Assembly: GCA_958348985.1 (NCBI GenBank)
Contig: CATWBG010000005.1
Span: 20,465-84,464 of the forward strand
Reading direction: 5' to 3'
Origin: an uncultured Collinsella sp.
Lineage (GTDB): Bacteria; Actinomycetota; Coriobacteriia; Coriobacteriales; Coriobacteriaceae
Length of the DNA: 64,000 bases
How positions within the stretch are numbered: position 1 is the first letter of the stretch; every line of letters starts with the position of its first letter. Shown here piece by piece: positions 10,454 to 18,856 of the stretch. The notes under the pieces are model-generated. The model had not been told where the DNA came from. It worked only from the letters and a program-made list of their open reading frames with translations, and searched no databases. The translations under genes were made by a program, and so were the position numbers.

Positions 10454-10487
10454 AAGTGGGCGCATCGGCTGATGCGCCCACTTTTTT
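10454..10487 (+). terminator. Intrinsic terminator
   Basis: aagtgggcgcatc-ggct-gatgcgcccactt followed by a T run. Confidence 0.85.
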
Positions 10488-10582
10488 GCGCACGTTATGC
10501 GCAAGGCATCGCTCGAAGATGGCAACATGCCCTGAATGCCCCGCAATCATGCGTGCGCCGCCCGCTTACAGAGGGTAGATAG

Positions 10583-10750
10583 GGGGTTGATTTTCAAAAC
10601 TCTTCGAAATGTGTACCCTAAATCGATTTCTTCGAGTAGACAGCCGTTTGAATCAGCAAAACCCCAGGATTTCGAAGCTCAAACAACCGCTCTACTCAGC
10701 ATTTTGATTTTAGGGTACACATTTCGAATCGTTTTGTTCAGGTAGCATTT
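10583..10750. repeat. Long palindromic dispersed element, copy 1
   Basis: Perfect 20-bp IR 10603-10622 / 10709-10728; inner IR gagtag/ctactc; homologous to 42924-43091. Confidence 0.85.
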
Positions 10751-10949
10751 CTTAAGACGCAGACAGGGTAAAGAAAAGCGTCATCAGTACCCTTATGCAC
10801 ATTAACGCACAGCGTCTTCTCCAAGCATGGACACAGAAAAGAAGGACATGAGGCGCAGTGCGCTGCTCGCTGGAAGAATCAGGGCGCAAGATGTCCATCG
10901 CCCATGCCCGGCACCGGACTGCCGTCAGGTCAACGTCCTAAGCCATGCA

Positions 10950-11900
10950 TCACATTACCGGAGCAGAGCCATCCGGCATCGATTCGACAAATTCATCCAG
11001 ACGAGCAACCGCCCGATCGCCTTCACGCCCAGGCTGCGATGCCACCACAACGCCCGCCACCACGAGCATGGCACCAAGGTAGCCTTGCACCGGGAGCGTC
11101 TCGCCCAGCACGAAAAAGGCCAGCACGGCAGAAGCGACCGGTTCGATTGAGAACAGCAAAGCAGTGTGCTCGGGCGTGGTATGCGGCTGCGCAACAGGCT
11201 GCAACACAAATCCAAATGCGCTGCACACAATGGCGAGCCCCAAAATGGCACCCCACTGCGCTGGCGTCTGCGGCAACGTCGGGGTCTCGCAAACAAGGGA
11301 AAACACCAAACCATATAGGCCGGCAAATCCAAGCTGCCACGTTCCAAGCAGCATGCCGTCGATACCCGGAGCCAGCCTATCGGTAGCAACAATGAACACG
11401 GCATAAAGAAGGGCGCCCGCCAGACAAAAAGCGTCTCCCGGATGCAACTCAAGCCCGCCGCGCAGTGAAAGCAAAGCGATGCCCGCAAGTGTCACAAAAG
11501 TTCCCGCAATGATAGGGCGAGGCGGTATGCGACGTTGAAGTGCCGCATTGATGATAGGAACGAACACGACGGCCATCGCGGTCAAAAAGCCGCCGTTTGA
11601 CGCCGATGTCGTCTCGAGCCCATGGGTAAGAAACGCAAAAAGACCGAACAGAAGCAGACCGAGCACGGATGCAACTTTAAGAACAGCGCGATTGGTATGG
11701 GCAATCTTGCGGAACGACACGGCTCCCACCACAGCAAACGCGATAAGAAAACGCATCGCGATTACCATGAACGGACCCATACCGCCCAAGCCGATCTTCA
11801 TAAGGAGGTAGGAGCTCCCCCACGCCACGGCGACCAGACCCAGGGCAATATCAGCCTTACCCTGAGTCCATGCAAATGAATGCGTAGGCTTCATGTTCAT
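10950..11900 (-). CDS. DMT/EamA family transporter
   Basis: WGSSY, RFLIA, EPV motifs; about 10 TM segments. Confidence 0.92.
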   Translation of the reverse strand: MNMKPTHSFAWTQGKADIALGLVAVAWGSSYLLMKIGLGGMGPFMVIAMRFLIAFAVVGAVSFRKIAHTNRAVLKVASVLGLLLFGLFAFLTHGLETTSASNGGFLTAMAVVFVPIINAALQRRIPPRPIIAGTFVTLAGIALLSLRGGLELHPGDAFCLAGALLYAVFIVATDRLAPGIDGMLLGTWQLGFAGLYGLVFSLVCETPTLPQTPAQWGAILGLAIVCSAFGFVLQPVAQPHTTPEHTALLFSIEPVASAVLAFFVLGETLPVQGYLGAMLVVAGVVVASQPGREGDRAVARLDEFVESMPDGSAPVM

Positions 11901-12068
11901 CGAGCAGCTCCCTTCCGTACCCCGTCCGCTTCATTCGACGGGACTGTTATAACCCCCTGATTCTCATTTGAGAAGCGAATGATTATTATTGAAGCCATTA
12001 CAAGTTGTTATGGCAAAATATGCAGAATGCAAAACAGCCGCAACGCCTCGCCAACGTAAGGACCGCAC

Positions 12069-12941
12069 GTGAACCGCTATGAAATCTTCTTGAAGGTCGC
12101 CGAGTGCGGCAATATCACAAAGTGCGCGCAGTCTGTGCACTACACGCAAGCCGGTATAAGCCATGCCATCGCTGCACTGGAAAAAGAGACCGGCCTCACA
12201 CTCTTTGCGCGTACGGCGCGCGGCGTCACGCTGACCGAAAACGGGCGCCGCCTGTTGCCCTCGATTCAAGCGCTCGTGAACGACCAACACGCCCTCACGC
12301 AAGCGATCAATCAGATTGGCGGCGTGGTAGCGGGAACGCTGCGCGTGGGAACCTTCACCAGCGTCTCGATGCAATGGCTGCCGCGACTAATTCGAGACTT
12401 CACCGCGCGCCACCCCGGCGTCGAGTTCGACCTGCAGGCAGGAGACTACGACCAAATCACCGAAATGCTCATGGCAGGCAAGGTCGACTGTGGCTTTTTG
12501 GCGGCGCCCGCGCACGAAGGACTCGAATTCTTCCCACTCTACCGCGACCCCATGCTGGCGTTTTTGCCCAAAGGACACCCCCTTGCCCGCAAGCGCTCAC
12601 TCACGCTCGACGATCTGCTGGACGAGGAACTGATCATTCCCGCACAAGGCTCGGACAACGACATCAACGCAGTTCTCAAGGAGACCGAGAAGCCTGCGAA
12701 CATCCGCTACGTCCTCAACGACGACTTCTCGGTGCTTTCTATGGTCGAGGGCGGACTTGGCGTGGCAATCATGCCCGAGCTAATCCTCAAGAGCTGCAAG
12801 TCGTATCCAGTAGCAAGGCCTCTATCTCCAAGGCGCTACCGAACCATCGGTATCGCGTCGCTGCCCAAAGGTGGCATTTCGATGCTCGCGCAGACCTTTA
12901 TCGACTTCCTTGTTAAAGACGCACTGATACATCGCATGTAA
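12069..12941 (+). CDS. LysR family regulator, divergent from the DMT gene
   Basis: N-terminal HTH (TQAGISHAIAALEKETG) and LysR substrate domain. Confidence 0.95.
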   Translation: MNRYEIFLKVAECGNITKCAQSVHYTQAGISHAIAALEKETGLTLFARTARGVTLTENGRRLLPSIQALVNDQHALTQAINQIGGVVAGTLRVGTFTSVSMQWLPRLIRDFTARHPGVEFDLQAGDYDQITEMLMAGKVDCGFLAAPAHEGLEFFPLYRDPMLAFLPKGHPLARKRSLTLDDLLDEELIIPAQGSDNDINAVLKETEKPANIRYVLNDDFSVLSMVEGGLGVAIMPELILKSCKSYPVARPLSPRRYRTIGIASLPKGGISMLAQTFIDFLVKDALIHRM

Positions 12942-13024
12942 TCGCCGCGACAAGAAGCAATGGCGGCACAGCGACTTGGCCGCAAAGCCCCTAAGTGCAG
13001 CATCCGTATCGCTACACCCTGCAA

Positions 13025-14230
13025 TCACTCTGCAGCGTCATCACGCCGAAACCGTGCGAGGATGCGGAGCGTCACATCGACCGGCCCCGGCTGCAAGCGA
13101 TGTCGCACATCCTCCAGGCGCGCGGGGATATCGATCTGCTGCGGGCAATGCCGAGCGCACTTGCCGCAATGGATGCAATTACTTACCAGCTTGGGAGAAG
13201 CGGTTCGCACGGCGCTTGCGGTGAAATACTGAGACAGCCCCGTCCAGCGGCCATAAGCAAAACTAGCGTTGTACGCAGCGAAGCAGCCTGGAATATTGAT
13301 TCCCTGCGAACAGGGCATGCAGTAGTTGCAACCCGTACAGGGCACGCGATTAAAACGCTCGAAGACTTCGACCACGCGCGCGATGGTTTCGAGCTGCGCG
13401 GGCGTCATGGCTTTGGGTAGAGCCGCATCGGCGATTGAGGCGTTTTGGTCAACCTGCTCGGTCGAAGCCATGCCCGAGAGCAGCATGGTGACCTGCGGAT
13501 GATTCCACACCCAGCTCAAGCCCCAATCCACAGGAGTCTGAAGGTGCCCAGCTCGCGCCTTTTTCAAGATTTCCCGGGCTGCACGCGGAAGCTTATCGAC
13601 CAAACGCCCGCCCAGGAGCGGTTCCATCACGAACACGGCAAGGCCGCGGGCATGGGCCTCCATCACGCCGGCAGTCCCCGCCTGGTAGCGTTCGTTTGCA
13701 TAGTTATATTGCACCTGAACAAAATCCCAGTCATATGCGTCGAGCATACGCGGGAAATCGTCGGCAGAGCCATGATAGGAAAAACCGATCTGTCGAATAC
13801 GCCCCTCGCGTTTCTGCCGCGCGATCCAATCCTTGATGCCCAACGCCGCCACGCGCTCCCATTGTGCGGGACTTGCGATGTTATGCATGAGATAGTAGTC
13901 GATATGGTCGGTACGCAGTCGCTTGAGCTGCTCGTTAAAGAACCTATCAAAATCATCGGCGCGCTTACACGAGGCATGGGGAAGCTTGGTTGCGATAAAG
14001 ACCTTGTCGCGCAAGCCAAGCTTTTCGAGCGCCATCCCCACGCAGGCCTCGTTGCCTGGATAGAGATAGGCTGTATCCAAGTAGTTAATGCCCTGCTCAA
14101 CAGCACGGGAGATAATATTTTGTGCCGCCTTCGCGTCGGGCCGGCCCAGTTGATAACCCGGGAAGCGCATGCAGCCCAAGCCCAAAGCAGAAAGCCTGTT
14201 GCCACTTGCAGGATCCGTTCTGTACTGCAT
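13025..14230 (-). CDS. Aldo/keto reductase with C-terminal 4Fe-4S dicluster
   Basis: Start reassigned to MQYRT (RBS GAAAGGA); LGLGCMR, YLDTAYLY, CTGCNYCMPC, CIHCGKCARHCP. Confidence 0.9.
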   Translation of the reverse strand: MQYRTDPASGNRLSALGLGCMRFPGYQLGRPDAKAAQNIISRAVEQGINYLDTAYLYPGNEACVGMALEKLGLRDKVFIATKLPHASCKRADDFDRFFNEQLKRLRTDHIDYYLMHNIASPAQWERVAALGIKDWIARQKREGRIRQIGFSYHGSADDFPRMLDAYDWDFVQVQYNYANERYQAGTAGVMEAHARGLAVFVMEPLLGGRLVDKLPRAAREILKKARAGHLQTPVDWGLSWVWNHPQVTMLLSGMASTEQVDQNASIADAALPKAMTPAQLETIARVVEVFERFNRVPCTGCNYCMPCSQGINIPGCFAAYNASFAYGRWTGLSQYFTASAVRTASPKLVSNCIHCGKCARHCPQQIDIPARLEDVRHRLQPGPVDVTLRILARFRRDDAAE

Positions 14231-14275
14231 GCACGTCCTTTCCTCAGCATACTCGAGCATCATCATACCGCGCTC

Positions 14276-14659
14276 AAGCAAACTGTTAACCTGGTTATCC
14301 TTGCCGTCAAGGCAACCGGACTCGACCAGGCAATCAATAGTATGGAAGGCCTGGTGGGACCCGAAACTCGCATCATCTCGCTTCTCAACGGAGTGACAAG
14401 CGAGGAGGCGATCGCCGCGCGCTATGGCTGGAAACATCTGGTCCTTGCCATCACGCAGGGCATGGACGCCGTTTTTATCGACAACGCGCTCACCTACAGC
14501 CATGCAGGCGAAATTCGTCTGGGTGCAGCGGCGCAAACCGAGGCGGGCGTCGTTGAAGACATCGCCGGCCTGCTTGAGCACACCGAACGCCACGGATTAT
14601 TGGTGCCTCAAAATCGCTGGCTGCTTGAACGCGTTCACGAGATTGAGTCTTCCTGGTAG
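14276..14659 (+). pseudogene. panE: Internal fragment of ketopantoate reductase (PanE/ApbA family)
   Basis: NLVILAVKATGLDQAI...IISLLNGVTSEE...GMDA; no N-terminal GxGxxG, no start, no C-terminal domain. Confidence 0.7.
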
Positions 14660-14692
14660 CGCGCTACACCATGTTGCTCATCGTTTAAACCC

Positions 14693-14735
14693 AAAGCCGG
14701 GCACCCCGCTTGAAAGGGGCGCCCGGCTTTGCTTT
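14693..14735. terminator. GC-rich hairpin, probable terminator of the LPXTG gene
   Basis: aaagccgggcacccc...ggggcgcccggcttt. Confidence 0.7.
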
Positions 14736-14822
14736 CAGTGTTCGCTAGGGATACAAAGACAATGAGCGGGTGCATTGAATCAACCCGTCTGTCAATCCTG
14801 CAACACGTCCAAAGAGTCGCTT

Positions 14823-16037
14823 CTAGCGATTGCCAAAGCGGCGAAGACGTGCCCCAGCGCCCAAGATAAGAGCCCCGACAAAAGCGATGGCACCGGCAAA
14901 CGTGCCGCTCATATCGCCCGTCTGGGGAAGGCCCTTTCCCTTTGCGGTCCCCGCGCGCTTCGCTGCTACCTGCTCGACTTTGGCATTCGCTGCCACGGGC
15001 AGCGGGGTAGCAGAGCGATTGCCGGCGTTATCTTGCTTCCCGTTGCCTGTTTCGGGCTTTTTTGAATCAGGAGTTGTTGACTGGTCGGGCTGGGGCTGGT
15101 CGGGCTGGGGCTGCTCGACCTCGGTCACCTCGTAGAGGTAGCTGTAGGGGAACTCGCCCCTGACGGGGATGCACTGCCCCTTGGAGTCGGCCGCGGGGAT
15201 CGCGGAGGCCGTGCGGTACCCGGGGTGCTGGGCGAGCCACTCGTGGAGCTGCGCGGTGGAGACCCAGTACTGGGTGCCCTCCCTGGTCACGCACGCGTCG
15301 TCGGCGTAGACGTCGCGGCTGTAGACCACGGTGCCGTCGGCCTTCTTGAAGCCGATCTTCATGATGAGGGTGTGTGCGGGCTGGGGCTTATAGTCGGGGT
15401 TCTTCTCGACCTGGAGAATGTATTTGCCGTTCTTGCCATACGCGCGTACGGTCGATTCGCCATTTAGGGCACCGGCCAAGCGATACTCGGGCGCATGCGC
15501 AGCAAGCCAATCCTTGACAGGCTGCAACGGAATCACATAGTAGTTGCCGTCAACCGTCACGCCAGCTGTTGATGAGTTGACAGTATAGGAATACAGAACC
15601 TTGTCGAGAACGATATCGTCCCCGGTATCTTTATAGGTGCCGACACCAAAGGTGAGGTTGGGAAGGACCGTAGTCGCAGCAACCTTCGCCGGCACCGCCT
15701 GGGCTTGCATCTTAGCGTTCGCGTCGGATATCTTTTCATCCACTGAGTTCAAATTGGCATCCGCATCAGAAGAAGACTTCGTCTCAACAGATGGCTTTTC
15801 AGAATCTGCCGTCTTTTGCTCGGTCTTCTGAGGTACCGATGCATCCAGCGCCGCGGCATCGACTGTCGTAGACCCTGTGCTCGTATCTTGATTTCCCGAA
15901 ACTAGCCCCAGGCCTGCCGTCACGGCCGCAGGCTCTTCGGGCACAACAGCCTCCTGCGCAAGAGCCGTCGCAGGCAGCGAGCATGCCAGCATTGCTACCG
16001 AAAGCGATGCGACAATCTGCTTTTTGTTCATCAGCAT
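14823..16037 (-). CDS. Sortase-anchored (LPQTG) surface protein with two divergent ~95-aa repeat domains
   Basis: Signal peptide, LPQTG, TM helix and basic tail; two repeats sharing Y(Y/W)V...(D/E)WLA.H..YR. Confidence 0.9.
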   Translation of the reverse strand: MLMNKKQIVASLSVAMLACSLPATALAQEAVVPEEPAAVTAGLGLVSGNQDTSTGSTTVDAAALDASVPQKTEQKTADSEKPSVETKSSSDADANLNSVDEKISDANAKMQAQAVPAKVAATTVLPNLTFGVGTYKDTGDDIVLDKVLYSYTVNSSTAGVTVDGNYYVIPLQPVKDWLAAHAPEYRLAGALNGESTVRAYGKNGKYILQVEKNPDYKPQPAHTLIMKIGFKKADGTVVYSRDVYADDACVTREGTQYWVSTAQLHEWLAQHPGYRTASAIPAADSKGQCIPVRGEFPYSYLYEVTEVEQPQPDQPQPDQSTTPDSKKPETGNGKQDNAGNRSATPLPVAANAKVEQVAAKRAGTAKGKGLPQTGDMSGTFAGAIAFVGALILGAGARLRRFGNR

Positions 16038-16256
16038 CTCCTTGATATCGTCCTACAGAGTTTTTCGAACACGCCTATACCATAAAAGGGCCCTATCAAG
16101 AATTAGCCCCACATTCGTAACGATTCAAATCGATTTGTAATGTTTGAGTTAAGGAAAAGGCATCGCAAACGGCATCAATCAAAACGCAAAGCCGGGCGCC
16201 CGCACACACATGCACGGCACCCGGCTTTAGTTATAAAATATGATGAAAGTGTGAAG

Positions 16257-16293
16257 ATGTGACAAATAAACCTGCGGACTTTTGTCACATTAG
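16257..16293. repeat. 37-bp hairpin repeat overlapping the metY stop codon
   Basis: atgtgacaaa-taaacctgcggact-tttgtcacat-tag; 36/37 identical to 26178-26214. Confidence 0.85.
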
Positions 16294-17597
16294 TGGAGCT
16301 TGGCAAAGGCCTGGCTCAGGTCCCAGATGATATCCTCGATGTTCTCGGTGCCGATGGAAAGGCGAATCGTCGAGGGGGTGATGCCCTGATCGGCGAGCTC
16401 GGCCTCGGTGAGCTGGGAATGCGTGGTGGTCGCCGGGTGGATTGCCAGGCTCTTCACGTCGGCAACGTTGGCGAGCAGCGAGAAGATCTGCAGGTTGTCG
16501 ATGAACTTCCAAGCCGCCTCCTGACCGCCCTTGATCTCGAAGGTGAAGATTGAGGCGCCACCGTTGGGGAAATAGCGCTGGTAAAGCTCGTGATCGGGAT
16601 GATCGGGCAGGCTCGGGTGGTTGACGGAGGCAACGTGCGGGTCCTGGCTCAGGAACTCAACGACCTTCTTGGTGTTCTCCACATGGCGGTCAACGCGCAA
16701 AGAAAGCGTCTCGGTACCCTGAAGCAGCAGGAATGCGTTGAACGGAGAGATGCAGGCGCCCTCGTCGCGCAGCAGAATAGCGCGAATGTAGGTTGCAAAC
16801 GCAGCCGCGCCCACAGCGTCGACGAAAGAGATGCCATGGTAGGAGGGGTTGGGATCGGCGAGCTGCGGATACTTGCCGGAAGCCTTCCAGTCAAAGTTGC
16901 CGCCATCGACAATTACGCCGCCAAGCGAGGTGCCGTGGCCACCGATGAACTTTGTCGCGGAGTGAACGACGACGTTCGCGCCGTGCTCCAGCGGACGGAA
17001 CAGGTACGGTGTACCAAAGGTGTTATCCACGATGACCGGCAGGCCGTGCTTGTGGGCAATCTCGGAGATTGCATCGATATTGGGGATATCGGAGTTGGGG
17101 TTGCCCAGCGTCTCCAGATAGACAACGGTGGTGTTGTCCTGAATTGCGCCCTCGACCTCCTCGAGATTGTGGGCATCGACAAAGGTCGTCTCGATACCAA
17201 ACTGAGAAAGCGTGTGCTCAAGCAGATTGTAAGAGCCACCGTAGATAGTCTTCTGAGCAACCACATGGTCACCGGACTGCGCAAGCGCCTGGATGGCATA
17301 GGTAATGGCAGCAGCACCCGATGCGACGGCAAGGCCCGCCACACCGCCCTCGAGCGCGGCGATACGATCCTCAAAGACACTCTGAGTCGAATTGGTCAAG
17401 CGCCCGTAGATGTTGCCGGCGTCGGCCAGGCCAAAGCGATCGGCAGCATGCTGGGAATTGCGGAAGACATAGCTCGTGGTCTGATAGATGGGCACAGCGC
17501 GAGCATCGGATGCAGGATCGGCGCTCTCCTGGCCAACATGCAGCTGAAGGGTATCGAAGCCAAAGGTATGCTCGGGGTTGTTGACAAACTGGGACAT
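16290..17597 (-). CDS. metY: O-acetylhomoserine aminocarboxypropyltransferase (sulfhydrylase)
   Basis: PIYQTTSY, IYGRLTN, HSATKFIGGHG (PLP Lys), LANVADVKSL. Confidence 0.93.
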   Translation of the reverse strand: MSQFVNNPEHTFGFDTLQLHVGQESADPASDARAVPIYQTTSYVFRNSQHAADRFGLADAGNIYGRLTNSTQSVFEDRIAALEGGVAGLAVASGAAAITYAIQALAQSGDHVVAQKTIYGGSYNLLEHTLSQFGIETTFVDAHNLEEVEGAIQDNTTVVYLETLGNPNSDIPNIDAISEIAHKHGLPVIVDNTFGTPYLFRPLEHGANVVVHSATKFIGGHGTSLGGVIVDGGNFDWKASGKYPQLADPNPSYHGISFVDAVGAAAFATYIRAILLRDEGACISPFNAFLLLQGTETLSLRVDRHVENTKKVVEFLSQDPHVASVNHPSLPDHPDHELYQRYFPNGGASIFTFEIKGGQEAAWKFIDNLQIFSLLANVADVKSLAIHPATTTHSQLTEAELADQGITPSTIRLSIGTENIEDIIWDLSQAFAKLH

Positions 17598-17670
17598 GAT
17601 GTTCTCCTTAAACAGGGTAGACGCAAAAGCGCGGGAAAAAGCGGGCGTTAAAGCTCCCGGTCACACAGTG

Positions 17671-17751
17671 CTATCGGGACATTCGCGAATCGCGGGTTGT
17701 CCCCAGCATGCGCGGCAACCGGGGGCTATGCATTCGTTCCATCTGACACAT
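17671..17751 (-). CDS. Candidate Met-rich leader peptide (26 aa) upstream of metY
   Basis: MCQMERMHSPRLPRMLGTTRDSRMSR; RBS GAGGGGAGGA; 5 Met and 1 Cys. Confidence 0.5.
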   Translation of the reverse strand: MCQMERMHSPRLPRMLGTTRDSRMSR

Positions 17752-17868
17752 CTGTGGGTCCTCCCCTCTGGTTCGTTCTCCGCAGGGACAATTCCCTATC
17801 GGCTTTGTATGTTTAGCATAGTAAAATCGCCGATACTTCACGTCAATCATTAAAATATGGTAGCTAGA

Positions 17869-17885
17869 TATCGTTAAAATAGATA
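17869..17885. promoter_or_regulatory. Candidate LysR (MtaR/MetR-like) binding box
   Basis: tatcgttaaaatagata, an imperfect palindrome between divergent metY and LysR. Confidence 0.4.
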
Positions 17886-17908
17886 ATAACTCAGGCGAAA
17901 GGATATTC

Positions 17909-18856
17909 ATGACTCTGCAGCAACTGCGCTTCCTCATTGCGGTGGCCGAGAACGGCTCCATCAACGCCGCAGCTCAAAACCTCTATACCGCCCAATCAAA
18001 CATATCGAGCGCCATCAAATCGCTTGAGGGGGAGCTGGGGATATCGATCTTCACGCGCAGCAGCCGCGGCGTCATGCTCACCTCGGACGGTACCGAGCTG
18101 TTGGGCTACGCTCGCCAGGTAGTCGAGCAAGCAAATATGCTCGAAGCCCGCTACGAGCACAACGAGGCACCACAGGAGCGCCTCGCCGTCTCGGCTCAAC
18201 ACTACGCCTTCTCGGTGCAAGCGTTTATCAACGTGGTCGAGGCGTGCGACACCCAAAAGTTCGAGTTCACCATGCGCGAGACCACAACCGCACAAATCAT
18301 CGACGACGTACGCGCGTTTCGCAGCGAAGTAGGAATCCTCTACCTCGACGATTTCAATCGACGCGTACTGGAAAAGGCCTTTGCCGACGCACGCGTAAGC
18401 TTTCATCCGCTCTTCAATGCGCGCGTCCACGTATTTGTAAGCGAGAGTCATCCCCTCGCGAGGAAGCCTTCCATTTGCCTTGAAGACCTCGTGCCCTATA
18501 CACGCTACAGCTTTGAACAGGGAACGTCCAACTCGTTCTATTTTTCAGAGGAGCCTTTCTCGTACATCCCCTGCGCGCGCAATATACGCGTATCGGACCG
18601 TGGAACCCTCACCAACCTGCTTACCACATCAAACGGATACGCGCTGTCCACCGGCGTGCTTTCGAGCGAAATGCAGTCGGGCATGGCGAGCATCCCGCTC
18701 AAAGAAGATGCGCACATGCTTGTTGGCTACATCGTGCACGACGAGCGACGACCCGCACCGATCCTCACACAATACCTCTCCGAGCTGCGGCGCATCATCG
18801 CCGATGCCGATCGCAACGGAGCCGTCTTGATCGCGGAGGACGGCACGAGCGCTTAA
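17909..18856 (+). CDS. LysR family regulator (MtaR/CmbR-like, sulfur amino-acid control)
   Basis: MTLQQL HTH; VSAQHYAF motif; divergent from metY. Confidence 0.9.
   Translation: MTLQQLRFLIAVAENGSINAAAQNLYTAQSNISSAIKSLEGELGISIFTRSSRGVMLTSDGTELLGYARQVVEQANMLEARYEHNEAPQERLAVSAQHYAFSVQAFINVVEACDTQKFEFTMRETTTAQIIDDVRAFRSEVGILYLDDFNRRVLEKAFADARVSFHPLFNARVHVFVSESHPLARKPSICLEDLVPYTRYSFEQGTSNSFYFSEEPFSYIPCARNIRVSDRGTLTNLLTTSNGYALSTGVLSSEMQSGMASIPLKEDAHMLVGYIVHDERRPAPILTQYLSELRRIIADADRNGAVLIAEDGTSA

Noticed and set aside
13445..14275. N-terminal part of the 404-aa plus-strand ORF as a fusion with PanE
   Set aside because: This part is antisense to the aldo/keto reductase; only the last ~125 codons contain protein-like sequence
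14231..14593. N-terminal extension of the aldo/keto reductase in the ORF track
   Set aside because: A better RBS and family-typical start at 14230; the extension is antisense to the panE fragment
17598..17820. SAM riboswitch or T-box upstream of metY
   Set aside because: No SAM-I core or T-box (GGTGGTACCGCG-like) motif visible
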